Assembly: GCA_044224875.1 (NCBI GenBank)
Contig: JBGAJQ010000007.1
Span: forward strand, 1-64,000
Source: Gemmatimonadaceae bacterium
Lineage (GTDB): Bacteria; Gemmatimonadota; Gemmatimonadetes; Gemmatimonadales; Gemmatimonadaceae
Reading direction: 5' to 3'
Length of the DNA: 64,000 nucleotides
Shown piece after piece: positions 22,377-32,532 of this stretch (its first letter is position 1; each line of letters opens with the position of its first letter). Under the pieces are notes generated by a model that was given only the letters and a program-made list of their open reading frames with translations, searched no databases and had not been told where the DNA came from. The position numbers and the translations under genes are program-made.

Positions 22377-23903
22377 TCACGTTCCTGCGATGTTGCGCTC
22401 CACCACGGCGATCGCGGCGTCGGCAGCGGCTGCCGCTTGCGCCAGCAGTGCCTCTGCCTCGCGCGCGATCGCGACGCCAAGCGTTTTGTCAGTCAGCGAG
22501 GCGACATTGATGCGGACGTTGTAGACGGCGCCTCGACAAGCGGCCTGCGCCAGCAGGGCCGCCACGCCGGCGTCGGATGCGGCGTTGGTATTGCCTTTCT
22601 GCGCAGCTTCCGTGGCGAGCGCGGCGACGGCGGCGCAAGCGCGTGCGGTATCCAAGGGAACCTGCGCAGCTCCAACTAACGCCTGATCGATCGCGGCGGT
22701 CCGAGTAGCCAGCTGTGCCTCGGTTTCCTTCGGCAGCTTGTAGGCTTCCATCACCACGTTGTAGGCGGCTCCGTCCTTGGCCACGAGGGCCGAGAGTTCA
22801 TTGCCCAGCGCTGCCGCCTGGAGGGCCAGCGCTTTCATCTCGGCGTCTACTGCCGCGTATTTCTTCCGGCCAATCGTCAGCCCAGCGACCATCTGAGCCA
22901 GAGCGGCGCCCAACGCCCCCACATGCGCCGAAACGCTCCCGCCGCCAGGTGCCGGTGTGCTTGCGGCGACCGAGGCGACAAAGCCACTGAGCGACTCGCC
23001 GCCACTCAAGGCTTCGCGAACCTTTCGCTCCAGCACCAACTGAGGCGTAAATCCCCGCAGTTGGAGGTGGCGGGCGGCCGTGTCGAAGAGCGCCCGCTCC
23101 GGAACGAGTCCAACAATCTCGCTCCATGTGGGCGAGACGCCCTGCGCCTGCGCTTCCAACTTGACCATGTCGAACGCGCGATACAGCGGGGTCTTTTCGA
23201 TGTCCACCAGGTTCATCGACACCTGGGCTTGTCCGTCGACCTCTAGCCCCAGCCCCTTCACGTAGCGGAGCCCGCCGGACGAGTGACGCAATGCCTTGGC
23301 GACGTCCTTCGCGACCTGAAGATTCTCCTTGCCGCCGAGATAGACATTGTAGGCCACGAGAAACGGTCGCGCGCCAATGGCCGTTGCACCCGCGGTTGGG
23401 TGGACCTTGTCTTCGCCGAAGTCAGGGCGGCGATTCGGGTTCGTGGCGATTTCGTCTCGGAGACCCTCGAACTCTCCACGTCGCACATCCGCCAGGTTCT
23501 CCCGATCGGGGCGAGTGGCAGCGCGCTCATACAGGTAGACAGGGATCCCGAGCTCCTGGGAAACGCGTGCGCCGAGCGAGCGAGCCAGCGCGATGCAGTC
23601 CTCCATGGTCGCGCCTTCCAGAGGAATGAAGGGGACGACATCCGTGGCGCCGATTCGCGGGTGCTCCCCCTGATGCGCGGTGAGATCGATGCGGCTGGCG
23701 GCTTGGCGCATGCCGGCGAACGCGGCGTCCACAGCGGTCTCGACAGGGGCAACGAAGGTGATCACCGTGCGGTGATGCGACGGGTCGCTGGAAACGTCGA
23801 GGATCACCACACCGTCAACGGCGGCGATGGCATCGCGAATGGACTGTACAACGGCCGGATCGCGACCCTCGGAGAAATTCGGGACGCACTCGATCAGCTT
23901 CAT
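22377..23903 (-). CDS. ftcD: Glutamate formiminotransferase fused to formiminotetrahydrofolate cyclodeaminase
   Basis: N-terminal MKLIECVPNFSEGR, HPRIGATDVVPF; C-terminal APGGGS..GNTNAASDAG..NVRIN. Confidence 0.93.
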   Translation of the reverse strand: MKLIECVPNFSEGRDPAVVQSIRDAIAAVDGVVILDVSSDPSHHRTVITFVAPVETAVDAAFAGMRQAASRIDLTAHQGEHPRIGATDVVPFIPLEGATMEDCIALARSLGARVSQELGIPVYLYERAATRPDRENLADVRRGEFEGLRDEIATNPNRRPDFGEDKVHPTAGATAIGARPFLVAYNVYLGGKENLQVAKDVAKALRHSSGGLRYVKGLGLEVDGQAQVSMNLVDIEKTPLYRAFDMVKLEAQAQGVSPTWSEIVGLVPERALFDTAARHLQLRGFTPQLVLERKVREALSGGESLSGFVASVAASTPAPGGGSVSAHVGALGAALAQMVAGLTIGRKKYAAVDAEMKALALQAAALGNELSALVAKDGAAYNVVMEAYKLPKETEAQLATRTAAIDQALVGAAQVPLDTARACAAVAALATEAAQKGNTNAASDAGVAALLAQAACRGAVYNVRINVASLTDKTLGVAIAREAEALLAQAAAAADAAIAVVERNIAGT

Positions 23904-23964
23904 CGCAAGAAGAGCAGGGTGTAGGTGGAAAAGGTCACGGACTCGGGCCCGACGAACGTGGGCA

Positions 23965-24783
23965 CTAGGCGCCTTGAACGATATGCAGCAACCACTCGTG
24001 CATGCGGGCGTTTCCTGCAACCAGCCCCGCGCTCTCTGGAGTAGCCGGCCTTCCCGTGAGGTCGGTGATGACGCCGCCGGCTTCTTGCACCAGCAGGATG
24101 CCCGCTGCCATGTCCCATGGTGCCAGCCGCAGCTCCCAAAAGGCGTCGAATCGCCCAGCCGCAACGTCCGCGAGGTCGAGGGCCGCCGAACCGGCGCGAC
24201 GGATGCCTGAGGTCTGTTGCATCACCTGCGTGAACTGTCGTTGGTACCCTTCCACCAACTCCGGATGCTTGAAGGGGAATCCGGTGCCGATCAGCGAACG
24301 CGAGGGGAGTTCAATAGACGAGACCTTGAGTGCCTCCCTCCCGCGATAGGCCCCTGCGCCCTTTACGGCGCACCATTCCTCGTCCAGGACCACGTTGCGA
24401 ATAACGCCGGCCACCAGGTCCGTGCCCGCCCGAACACCGATGGAGACGGCATACTGCGGATAGCCGTGCAGGAAGTTCGTTGTCCCGTCCAGGGGATCCA
24501 CATAGAACGCCAGCGCCGCGTCACTCGATGCGGTAGGAGATAGCTCCTCGCCGACGATCAGTGCCTCTGGATGCTCGCTGGAGATGATCGCGCGGATCCG
24601 CTCTTCGGCGCCCATGTCCACGTCGCTGACAAAGTCCGCATGGCGCTTCTCCCGCCAATCGAGGCTCGCTCGGCCCTCGGTGCGTTCGCGGATGAAGGTG
24701 GCGGCACTTTTGGCAGCGCGAGACGCCGTTCGAAGGAGAGGGGCAAATTCAGACCGTTCAATGCGTTGCGACGGTAAGTCCAT
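23965..24783 (-). CDS. suhB: Inositol monophosphatase family protein (SuhB-like)
   Basis: GEE..DPLDGTTNF, RRAGSAALDL, WDMAAG. Confidence 0.9.
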   Translation of the reverse strand: MDLPSQRIERSEFAPLLRTASRAAKSAATFIRERTEGRASLDWREKRHADFVSDVDMGAEERIRAIISSEHPEALIVGEELSPTASSDAALAFYVDPLDGTTNFLHGYPQYAVSIGVRAGTDLVAGVIRNVVLDEEWCAVKGAGAYRGREALKVSSIELPSRSLIGTGFPFKHPELVEGYQRQFTQVMQQTSGIRRAGSAALDLADVAAGRFDAFWELRLAPWDMAAGILLVQEAGGVITDLTGRPATPESAGLVAGNARMHEWLLHIVQGA

Positions 24784-24795
24784 AGGGCTTAATTT
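24766..24795 (+). promoter_or_regulatory. Putative leaderless promoter for trpS
   Basis: TTGCGA, 18 bp spacer, TAATTT, then 6 nt to ATG 24802; no SD sequence. Confidence 0.5.
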
Positions 24796-24801
24796 TTTCG
24801 G

Positions 24802-25773
24802 ATGTCGAGGATTTTCAGTGGCATTCAGCCGTCGGGCGAGCTACACATAGGAAACTACTTGGGGGCGGTGCGCAATTGGGTCCAGTTGCAGCACGAGATG
24901 GAGTCGTTCTACTGCGTCGTGGACTACCATGCCATCACGATTCCCTATGAGCCCAACGACCTGCGACGCCGGACGCACGAAATGGCGGTCTCGTTGCTGG
25001 CTGCTGGCATCGACCCCAACGTCGCCACCGTCTTTGTTCAGTCCAAGGTGCCTGAGCATACCGAGCTGGCATGGGTGTTCAACGCTGTGACCCCTCTTGG
25101 TGAGCTGGAACGTCAGACCCAATTCAAGGAGAAGGCGGCTCGCCAGGAAAGCGTGAATGCCGGCATCCTGAACTATCCTGTCCTGCAGGCAGCGGACATC
25201 CTGATGTACCTGGCTGACACCGTTCCTGTCGGCGAGGACCAGGTGCAGCATTTGGAGCTGTCGCGCGAAATTGCACGGCGTTGGAACATGCGGTTCGGGG
25301 AGTTTTTTCCGGAACCGAAGGCGCGACTGACGCCCACCCGCCGTATCATGGGGTTGGATGGGCAAAGCAAGATGTCCAAGTCCCTCGGCAATACAGTTGG
25401 CCTGCTGGAGTCGAAGGAGTCAGTGTGGGAGAAGTTGCGGCCGGCGGTGACGGATCCAGCGCGTGTGCGGCGGACGGATCCCGGAAACCCGGACGTGTGC
25501 AATATCTTTCAGCTGCATCGAGCGTTCTCGCCGGAGGCGACGGTGGCCGAGGTGGACCGGCAGTGTCGGTCGGCCGGGTGGGGCTGCATTGATTGCAAGA
25601 AGGTGCTGCACGCGTCCATGGAGGTGGAGTTGGCGCCGATCCGGGCACGAGGCGCGGAGTTGTTGGAGCAGCCGGACGTTGTCGCGCAGGTACTGGGCGA
25701 TGGCGCGGAGAAGGCGCGTCGGGTGGCACGCGCCACGATGGGTGAGGTTCGCGAACGCATGGGGCTCACGTAA
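24802..25773 (+). CDS. trpS: Tryptophanyl-tRNA synthetase
   Basis: SGIQPSG.LHIGNY, YPVLQAADI, KMSKS. Confidence 0.97.
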   Translation: MSRIFSGIQPSGELHIGNYLGAVRNWVQLQHEMESFYCVVDYHAITIPYEPNDLRRRTHEMAVSLLAAGIDPNVATVFVQSKVPEHTELAWVFNAVTPLGELERQTQFKEKAARQESVNAGILNYPVLQAADILMYLADTVPVGEDQVQHLELSREIARRWNMRFGEFFPEPKARLTPTRRIMGLDGQSKMSKSLGNTVGLLESKESVWEKLRPAVTDPARVRRTDPGNPDVCNIFQLHRAFSPEATVAEVDRQCRSAGWGCIDCKKVLHASMEVELAPIRARGAELLEQPDVVAQVLGDGAEKARRVARATMGEVRERMGLT

Positions 25774-26891
25774 TGGAAAAAATCATCAAGGCGGCGGTGG
25801 ATCGTGGCGCGTCGGACCTGCACATCAAGGCAGGGGACGTCTTTCGAGCACGGATCGATGGTAAGCTCGTCGCCATGACCAAGCAGGCGCTGACGCCGGA
25901 TCAAACGCGCGCCATCGCGTTGCGGCTGATCACCAACGAAAAGGTGAAGGCGAACATCGACTCCCTGCTGGACTACGATTGTTCGTGGGGCGCGGCGGGG
26001 ATCGGTCGCTTTCGCGTGAACATCCTGCGCCAGCGATCGAGCTTCATGATCGTGATGCGCGTGATTCCGTTCAAGGTGCCGTCGTTTGCCGACCTCAGTC
26101 TTCCGCCGTCCTTGGAGAAGATCGCAGTCGCGGAACGTGGCATGGTCTTGGTGACCGGTGTGACGGGATCGGGGAAGTCGAGTTCGTTGGCGGCGATGAT
26201 CAGCCACGTGAATTCGACGTTGGAAAAGCACATCGTGACGCTGGAAGAGCCCATCGAGTTTCTTCATCGGGATCTTCGGTCCTCCATTACGCAGCGCGAG
26301 ATTGGCGTCGATACGGAGACCTTTCGCCAGGGGTTGAAGGCGGCCCTTCGGCAGGACCCTGACGTCATCGTGTTAGGCGAATTGCGCGACCCGGAGACGG
26401 TGGATACGGCCATGAAGGCCGCGGAGACCGGTCACCTGTTGCTGGCCACGGTCCACACGCCAGACGCGCAGACCACGATTGCCCGTATCATTTCCATGTT
26501 CCCACCGGAGGAACAGGACAACGTCCGGTTGCGCCTGGCGGAAGCGCTGTACGCCGTCGTGTCCCAGCGACTGCTGCCACGTATGGACGGGAACGGGCGC
26601 ACGGTGGCGTGCGAGATCATGATCGTCACGCCGACCATCAAGGACCTCATCATCGACCAGAAGATCGGGGAGATCCGCGACTTCATTGCCGAAGGGCGCG
26701 AACAGTACGGTATGCAGACGTTCGACCAACACCTCGCCGACCTGGTGACCAGCGGCGTGGTCTCATTCGAGACGGCATTGGCGGCATCGACGCGGCCTGC
26801 GGACTTTGAGCTGCAGATGAGCGTCTTCAAGAAGTCCAACATTCCCTCGAGCTCGTTCGGCGAGGGTGGCATGGGAGGCAACTGGCCATGA
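25773..26891 (+). CDS. PilT/PilU family type IV pilus retraction ATPase
   Basis: ASDLH, RFRVN, GVTGSGKS, EEPIE, ALRQDPD..GELRD, AETGH, GMQTFDQ. Confidence 0.93.
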   Translation: MEKIIKAAVDRGASDLHIKAGDVFRARIDGKLVAMTKQALTPDQTRAIALRLITNEKVKANIDSLLDYDCSWGAAGIGRFRVNILRQRSSFMIVMRVIPFKVPSFADLSLPPSLEKIAVAERGMVLVTGVTGSGKSSSLAAMISHVNSTLEKHIVTLEEPIEFLHRDLRSSITQREIGVDTETFRQGLKAALRQDPDVIVLGELRDPETVDTAMKAAETGHLLLATVHTPDAQTTIARIISMFPPEEQDNVRLRLAEALYAVVSQRLLPRMDGNGRTVACEIMIVTPTIKDLIIDQKIGEIRDFIAEGREQYGMQTFDQHLADLVTSGVVSFETALAASTRPADFELQMSVFKKSNIPSSSFGEGGMGGNWP

Positions 26892-27784
26892 CGAAACGAC
26901 TGGAAGGGGTCTTGGGACCGGTCGTCACGACATTCGATGAACGCAGTGACGTGGACCTGGATGCGTTTGGCCCGAACATCGAGTCGCACTTGGACGCCGG
27001 GTTGCACGGGATCGTTGTTTGCGGGTCGACCGGCGAGGCGGCGCTACTCGAGGAGTCGGAGCGACTGCGGTTGATCGACATGGCTCGCAGCGTGATCCCA
27101 TCGGAGCGCTGGCTGATCGTGGGGACGGGCGCTGAGTCGACGCGCGCTTGCATTCGTCGGTGCAAGGAAGCTGCCTCGCGCGGGGCTGACGCAACCTTGG
27201 TGGTGGCGCCGCACTACTACGCCAACGCCATGACCACGCCTGCGCTGATGGCCCACTACACGGCGGTCGCCGATGCGAGCCCGGTGCCCGTGTTGCTGTA
27301 CAACATTCCGAAGTACATGCACTTCAAGCTCGAGCCTGAGCTGGTGTCGCAGCTGGCGAAGCACCAGAACATTATTGGCATGAAGGACAGCTCGGGAGAC
27401 CTGGCGACGCTGGAGCGGTACCTCGCGGTGCAGTCCGACAGTTTCACCGTCATCACGGGGCACGGCGGTAGCTTCCACCAGGCGCTCACGTTAGGCGTTC
27501 GTGGGGGAATCCTGGCCGTCGCGCTGTTTGCCCCGGACCTGTCGCTGGACGTGTACCGCGCACACCTCGCCCGTCAGCTCGGCGACGGCGCGGAAGCGCA
27601 GAACCGCCTGTCGCCGCTGGCGCTTGAAATCGTCGGACGGATGGGGATTGGCGCGGTGAAAGTCGCCATGGAACGCGTTGGCTTGCGAGGTGGCCCAGTC
27701 CGGCTGCCATTGCTCCCCGCGTCCCCCGCCGACGTCCTGCAGGTCGACGCCTTGCTCAAGGACGCGGCGCTCGTCGCGACCTGA
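26888..27784 (+). CDS. Dihydrodipicolinate synthase family aldolase (DapA/HOGA-like)
   Basis: GSTGE, GAESTR, YNIP, GMKDSSG. Confidence 0.88.
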   Translation: MTKRLEGVLGPVVTTFDERSDVDLDAFGPNIESHLDAGLHGIVVCGSTGEAALLEESERLRLIDMARSVIPSERWLIVGTGAESTRACIRRCKEAASRGADATLVVAPHYYANAMTTPALMAHYTAVADASPVPVLLYNIPKYMHFKLEPELVSQLAKHQNIIGMKDSSGDLATLERYLAVQSDSFTVITGHGGSFHQALTLGVRGGILAVALFAPDLSLDVYRAHLARQLGDGAEAQNRLSPLALEIVGRMGIGAVKVAMERVGLRGGPVRLPLLPASPADVLQVDALLKDAALVAT

Positions 27785-27891
27785 ACGTCGCGCGGCCGGC
27801 GAATCTCCCGCCAAGTCGGCTGCGTAGTAAAGCTCGCCCCGCACCGGCTCGCCGTCGCGAGCCATGGGTGGGGCGATCTGTTTCCTCCGAT

Positions 27892-28398
27892 GTGAGGGCG
27901 ATTGTGGCGATCCTTGTGCTCGCGGTCATCTGTGTGGCGTCCCTCCTCATGGTGCCGTTAGGTCTTCCCGGCATCTGGGTGATGATTGCGGCCGCCATTG
28001 GGCACGACATGCTGGTGCCAACGACTCCGATTGGCTGGTGGGCCATCGGGGGCGCGATCGGACTCGGTGCGGTGGCGGAATACTTCGAGTTTTCGCTGGC
28101 CAGTCGCTATGCGAAGAAGTATGGCGGGTCGCGCCGGGCCGGTTGGGGTGCCATCGTCGGCGGATTCGTGGGGGCGATCATGGGCGTTCCGGTGCCGATC
28201 ATCGGCTCACTCATTGGCGCATTCGCCGGTGCGTTCGTGGGGGCCTTGATCGCCGAATACACCAGACGCGATGCCACAACAGGAACGGCGACACGCGTGG
28301 CGACGGGCGCCTTGATTGGTCGAGTCGTTGCGGCTGCCATGAAGACCGGCATCGCCACAGCCATCGCTGCCGTGATCATCCTTGCCGCGATGCGCTAA
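27892..28398 (+). CDS. DUF456-like membrane protein (start uncertain)
   Basis: LPG.W..AKKYGGSRRAGWGAIVG..GSLIGAFAGA..AE pattern. Confidence 0.8.
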   Translation: MRAIVAILVLAVICVASLLMVPLGLPGIWVMIAAAIGHDMLVPTTPIGWWAIGGAIGLGAVAEYFEFSLASRYAKKYGGSRRAGWGAIVGGFVGAIMGVPVPIIGSLIGAFAGAFVGALIAEYTRRDATTGTATRVATGALIGRVVAAAMKTGIATAIAAVIILAAMR

Positions 28399-28439
28399 GC
28401 GCTGAGTGAGCCAGTTTTCTTGCGTGGTGCGGTGGAACC

Positions 28440-28832
28440 CTATTTGCCGCTTGGCTTGCAGACATACTGCATGGCGACGTCGGCGAACGATCCCTTGATG
28501 GCCGGGCCAAATCCCGGCTGGGCGTTGACGTTCTTCGAGTACACAACGCCCCGTTTCACGTCAGCATAGAGGATGTTCTCCTTCACCGCGATCGATTGTT
28601 TGGCGCAGTCGAACATGGCGGTGGAGCGCGATCCCGTCAGCTGCTTCTTTCCGATCGCCACCGGTTTCTGATACACGACACGTACGGTAGCCGTGACGAT
28701 GCCGTCCTTTCGGATGATCGATCCCGGATCGATGGATACCGGATTCGACGAACTCGTGGTTCCGATCTCCTTCCATTTGCCCTGCGTCATGACGGCGTTC
28801 AGGAGCAAAAGGGTAAACAGGCGAGTCACCAC
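28440..28832 (-). CDS. Secreted hypothetical protein (surface-adhesin E-like)
   Basis: GGAGG then GTG; signal-like N-terminus; W..IG..IDPGSI..FDC..C pattern. Confidence 0.6.
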   Translation of the reverse strand: MVTRLFTLLLLNAVMTQGKWKEIGTTSSSNPVSIDPGSIIRKDGIVTATVRVVYQKPVAIGKKQLTGSRSTAMFDCAKQSIAVKENILYADVKRGVVYSKNVNAQPGFGPAIKGSFADVAMQYVCKPSGK

Positions 28833-28933
28833 GTCAATCTCCTCCGTCGTTGTTTGACCTGCGGGCGGCGACGTTGGCGTTAGGCTGCCGACATCGGCTG
28901 GCACCCGACGACATCTGCCAAGTGCTTAACCTC

Positions 28934-29611
28934 TCAGCTGGCGCGCAGGTATGAACACCCCGCTTCCTGAGCCCGAATACAGGCGAACACGCCCGATGGT
29001 TGGAGGACAACGCCAGGGACGAGACTCGCCAACGCACGGTTCCTCGCCTCGGCCTCCGTCACCCGGTCCTTATCCTTGACCAACTGGACGCAGTCGTCGA
29101 ACGCGACGGCGCAGGCGAGGGCGATGCCTCCTCGCCCAATGAACTTGTCCAGTTGCACTGGATCGAACATCTCCGGAATCTCCTTCCGCTTTGACGACAG
29201 AAGGACCGGATTGCGATCGGTGGGCTGTTGTGTGATGGGGTGCAACACGCTCTTCGCCTTCCCGATGCCGTATTTGTCCCAGAACGACTGCTGCATGGCC
29301 AGCACAATCCCATTGTGGCGCATCACGACGATCGCCGTCATCTCCTTGGGCGGCACGCCAAGCACTTGGTTGTACTGGTTGGTCCACAAGCTTGCCCGCC
29401 AAACGCCGTAACCACTCTCTACCTCGGGCACGTCAAATAAAGCCTTGTGCTTGGTGGTGAGCCGGTTGACCCAGGAGAGGTCAAACTTCTCGCCGCCCTG
29501 CGACGGCGGGACGGCCGCATCGGCCCCAAAGGCGTGTAAGGCGCTCGGAAGAGCTCCCAGCAAGGCGGTGCCGCCGGCAGCATTGCGCAGAAAGGCGCGA
29601 CGATTCGTCAT
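28934..29611 (-). CDS. Tat-exported hypothetical protein with a DsrE-like C-terminus
   Basis: MTNRRAFL twin-arginine signal; LAC..F and PSGV..AQEAGCSY. Confidence 0.7.
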   Translation of the reverse strand: MTNRRAFLRNAAGGTALLGALPSALHAFGADAAVPPSQGGEKFDLSWVNRLTTKHKALFDVPEVESGYGVWRASLWTNQYNQVLGVPPKEMTAIVVMRHNGIVLAMQQSFWDKYGIGKAKSVLHPITQQPTDRNPVLLSSKRKEIPEMFDPVQLDKFIGRGGIALACAVAFDDCVQLVKDKDRVTEAEARNRALASLVPGVVLQPSGVFACIRAQEAGCSYLRAS

Positions 29612-29910
29612 GCGAACTCCGTTGGTGAAGGGTGATTGGCCGACACTCCTTCCAAGCATGGAACCGATGCCTTAGAGCGTTGGGAGGATCGACGTCGGCG
29701 CGTGTGCGCCCTCAGTCGCGTGGCCGACGTTCCCATACGCGTCTGCACGTTCGTTGGATGGATTCATGGCGGCCGGCGCAGTCTCGCAGAAACGCATGAG
29801 CGAAAGGGCGCCTTCACATTGCCGCTTGTCGCGCCGAGAGCAAGGGTCGGCTCCGCTTGGCGGCCGCGGCGTGTCGCTGGACCAGGCGCGCGACCCTTCG
29901 TCGCAACTCC

Positions 29911-29938
29911 TTGCCTCAGCATCAATTGTCACTAGGTT
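29911..29938 (+). promoter_or_regulatory. Putative promoter upstream of purA
   Basis: TTGCCT, 16 bp spacer, TAGGTT. Confidence 0.4.
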
Positions 29939-29943
29939 TCGTC

Positions 29944-29974
29944 AACGCCCCGCGGCTGGCCGGGGCGTTTTTTT
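29944..29974 (+). terminator. Intrinsic terminator-like hairpin upstream of purA
   Basis: AACGCCCCG, 8-nt loop, CGGGGCG followed by T7. Confidence 0.7.
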
Positions 29975-30112
29975 GTGTCCACCATTGGCACGGGATCGCG
30001 CGGGTCCCCCCGCGTGAAGCATACCGCCAGAGCGCCCGTTGGCCGGTACCCCGCCATTTCACACCGTACCAGACGAACGCATCAAATCGCGGCACGTCTG
30101 AGGCATACAGCG

Positions 30113-31396
30113 ATGTTCGACTCGAAGACTCGTAGTGTCGTGGTCGTAGGCGCCCAGTGGGGCGACGAAGGGAAGGGCAAACTGGTGGACGTGCTGGCAG
30201 AACGCGCCGATTGGGTCGTCCGGTACCAAGGGGGCGCGAACGCCGGGCACACCGTCCACATCGGCGACGACTCCTTCGTCCTGCATCAGATCCCGAGCGG
30301 CATCCTTCATCCCGGTGTTCGGTGCGCCATTGGCAACGGCGTCGTGCTGGACCCGGAAACGCTCTTCACGGAAATCGATGAACTGGTGCGCGATGGCGTC
30401 GACGTGGAAGGGCGACTCTACGTCTCCGATCGAGCGCACCTCGTCATGCCGTACCACAAGCTCGTCGACTCCGAAAGCTCGGCGAGCAAGGCCATCGGGA
30501 CCACCGGCCGAGGGATCGGTCCGGCATACGAGGATAAGGCAGGACGTCGCGGCGTGCGCGTGGTCGATCTCAAGCATCCCGATCGTTTGCGCCCGCTCGT
30601 TGAACGTGGCGTCGAACTCGCCAACGCAGCCCTAAGCCGCTACGGATCATCGAAGCGTGCCGACGTGGGTGAGACCATGGACCGGCTCGAGGGGCTGACG
30701 CCGCGTCTCCTGGCGGTTTCTGACGATGTCAGTCTCGTGCTGCATCGCGCCATGAAGAGTGGGGGCGCCGTGTTGCTCGAGGGGGCGCAGGGATCGCTGC
30801 TGGATGTGGACCATGGGACCTATCCGTACGTGACCTCCAGCAGCACGACGGTTGGCGGCGCGGCCACCGGAACGGGGCTGCCGCCTACGGCAATCCATCA
30901 GGCGCTGGGTGTCGTGAAGGCCTACACGACGAGGGTCGGCAACGGACCTTTGCCGACCGAATTCGATGAGCCGTTAGGCAGCCACGTCCGGCAGCTGGGG
31001 AATGAATTCGGCGCCACCACCGGTCGGCCACGTCGCTGTGGGTGGTTCGACGGCGTTGTCGTGCGCTTTGCCGTCCGCGTCAACGGGCTCACCGGGCTCG
31101 CGGTGACAAAGCTCGACGTGTTGGACACGCTGGAAAAACTGGCGATCTGCACGGGCTACCGAGTGGGCGGCGATGTCCTGCAAGAGTTCCCGGCCGACAT
31201 CACCGCGTTGGAGCAGCTCGAACCAGTGTACGAGTGGTACCCTGGGTGGCAGGTGTCGACGGCAGCCGCGCGGCGCCTCGAGGATCTGCCGCCGAATGCG
31301 CGCGCCTACCTGGACCGCCTCCAGTCGCTCGTGGAAGCGCCGATTCGTTTCGTGTCGGTGGGGACGCGCCGCGACCAGATCATCGAGGCAAAGTGA
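30113..31396 (+). CDS. purA: Adenylosuccinate synthetase
   Basis: QWGDEGKGK, GGANAGHT, EGAQG..DHGTYPYVTSS, GATTGRPRRCGW. Confidence 0.98.
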   Translation: MFDSKTRSVVVVGAQWGDEGKGKLVDVLAERADWVVRYQGGANAGHTVHIGDDSFVLHQIPSGILHPGVRCAIGNGVVLDPETLFTEIDELVRDGVDVEGRLYVSDRAHLVMPYHKLVDSESSASKAIGTTGRGIGPAYEDKAGRRGVRVVDLKHPDRLRPLVERGVELANAALSRYGSSKRADVGETMDRLEGLTPRLLAVSDDVSLVLHRAMKSGGAVLLEGAQGSLLDVDHGTYPYVTSSSTTVGGAATGTGLPPTAIHQALGVVKAYTTRVGNGPLPTEFDEPLGSHVRQLGNEFGATTGRPRRCGWFDGVVVRFAVRVNGLTGLAVTKLDVLDTLEKLAICTGYRVGGDVLQEFPADITALEQLEPVYEWYPGWQVSTAAARRLEDLPPNARAYLDRLQSLVEAPIRFVSVGTRRDQIIEAK

Positions 31397-32436
31397 GCGG
31401 CGGCGTGACGGCCGTGGACCTGACCCTCGACCTGCTGGTCGTTGGCGCCGGGCCCTGTGGTCTGGCGGCGGCGATTTCCGCGCAACGGGCGGGACTGAGT
31501 GTCCTCGTGTTCGATGCCGCCTGCGTGGTGTCGTCGGTGACGCAGTACCCCACCTATGCGACCTTCTTTTCAACCGCGGAGAAGCTCGCGTTAGGCGGTC
31601 TTCCGTTCGTCATCGCCGACGCCAAGCCGACGCGCCGCGACGCGCTGGCGTACTATCGTGAAGTCGTGCGGCACTTTGCGCTGCACGTGCGCCAATACGA
31701 AAAGGTCGAGTCGATCGAACGGCACGGGGACGCGTTTCTCGTGCGGACCGTTCGGCGCGGAGGCCAGCGTTTTCAGACGCGGACACGCGCCGTGGTGGTT
31801 GCCACGGGGTACTGGGGATCGCCCAACTTGTTGAACGTGCTCGGCGAGGACCTGCCGCACGTGTCGCACAGCTATCACGAGGGCCACATCGCGTTCCAGC
31901 AGCACGCCGTGGTCGTGGGTGGCGGGAACTCGTCCGCTGAGGCCGCACTCGACTTGTGGCGTGCGGGGGCCAAGGTGACACTCGTGCATTTCGGTCCCGG
32001 CTTCGACAAGAAGATCAAGCCGTGGGTGCTACCGGACTTCAACAACCGGGTGGCTGAAGGCAGCATTGATGTGCGCTGGAACAGCCGCGTGGCGGCCATC
32101 GACGGCGAACAGGTGACGATTCGTCGATCCGACCACAGCGTGGAGAGGCTCCGTGCCGAACATGTGTTCCTGATGACCGGCTTTGCGCCTAACGTGCAAC
32201 TGCTGCAAGGGATTGGCGTGACCATCGACGCGGCGACGGGCATCCCGACGCACGATCCCCACACGTTGGAAACGAATATCCCAGGGGTGTTCGTTGCCGG
32301 GGTGGTGGTCGCGGGATACGATGCGAACAAGGTCTTCATCGAAAACGGGCGCTATCATGGCGACCGCATCGTGGCGCGGCTCACCGGACGCCCGGCGCCA
32401 CCGCCGCCAACACTCAGCCGCGAACTGGACAGCTGA
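31393..32436 (+). CDS. YpdA-family FAD/NADPH oxidoreductase (putative bacillithiol disulfide reductase)
   Basis: GAGPCG, YP..FFST.EKL, ATGY, GGGNSS, IKPWV.PDF.NR, FIENGRYHG. Confidence 0.85.
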   Translation: MSGGVTAVDLTLDLLVVGAGPCGLAAAISAQRAGLSVLVFDAACVVSSVTQYPTYATFFSTAEKLALGGLPFVIADAKPTRRDALAYYREVVRHFALHVRQYEKVESIERHGDAFLVRTVRRGGQRFQTRTRAVVVATGYWGSPNLLNVLGEDLPHVSHSYHEGHIAFQQHAVVVGGGNSSAEAALDLWRAGAKVTLVHFGPGFDKKIKPWVLPDFNNRVAEGSIDVRWNSRVAAIDGEQVTIRRSDHSVERLRAEHVFLMTGFAPNVQLLQGIGVTIDAATGIPTHDPHTLETNIPGVFVAGVVVAGYDANKVFIENGRYHGDRIVARLTGRPAPPPPTLSRELDS

Positions 32437-32532
32437 ACGTCGCCTGCTGGCGCTTCCGATCCTCCGGGGCGGTGGTGCACATTGCGATCAACCGCCCAAC
32501 ACCACAGACCTTCCCTCCACCGATCCGCACGA

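Noticed and set aside
26888..27784. Assigning the gene symbol dapA
   Set aside because: Family is clear but substrate is not; GAESTR and the gene context fit a HOGA-like paralogue equally well
29672..30135. Small ORFs upstream of purA, and the extended purA start at 29975
   Set aside because: No motifs or RBS; conserved PurA sequence begins just after ATG 30113
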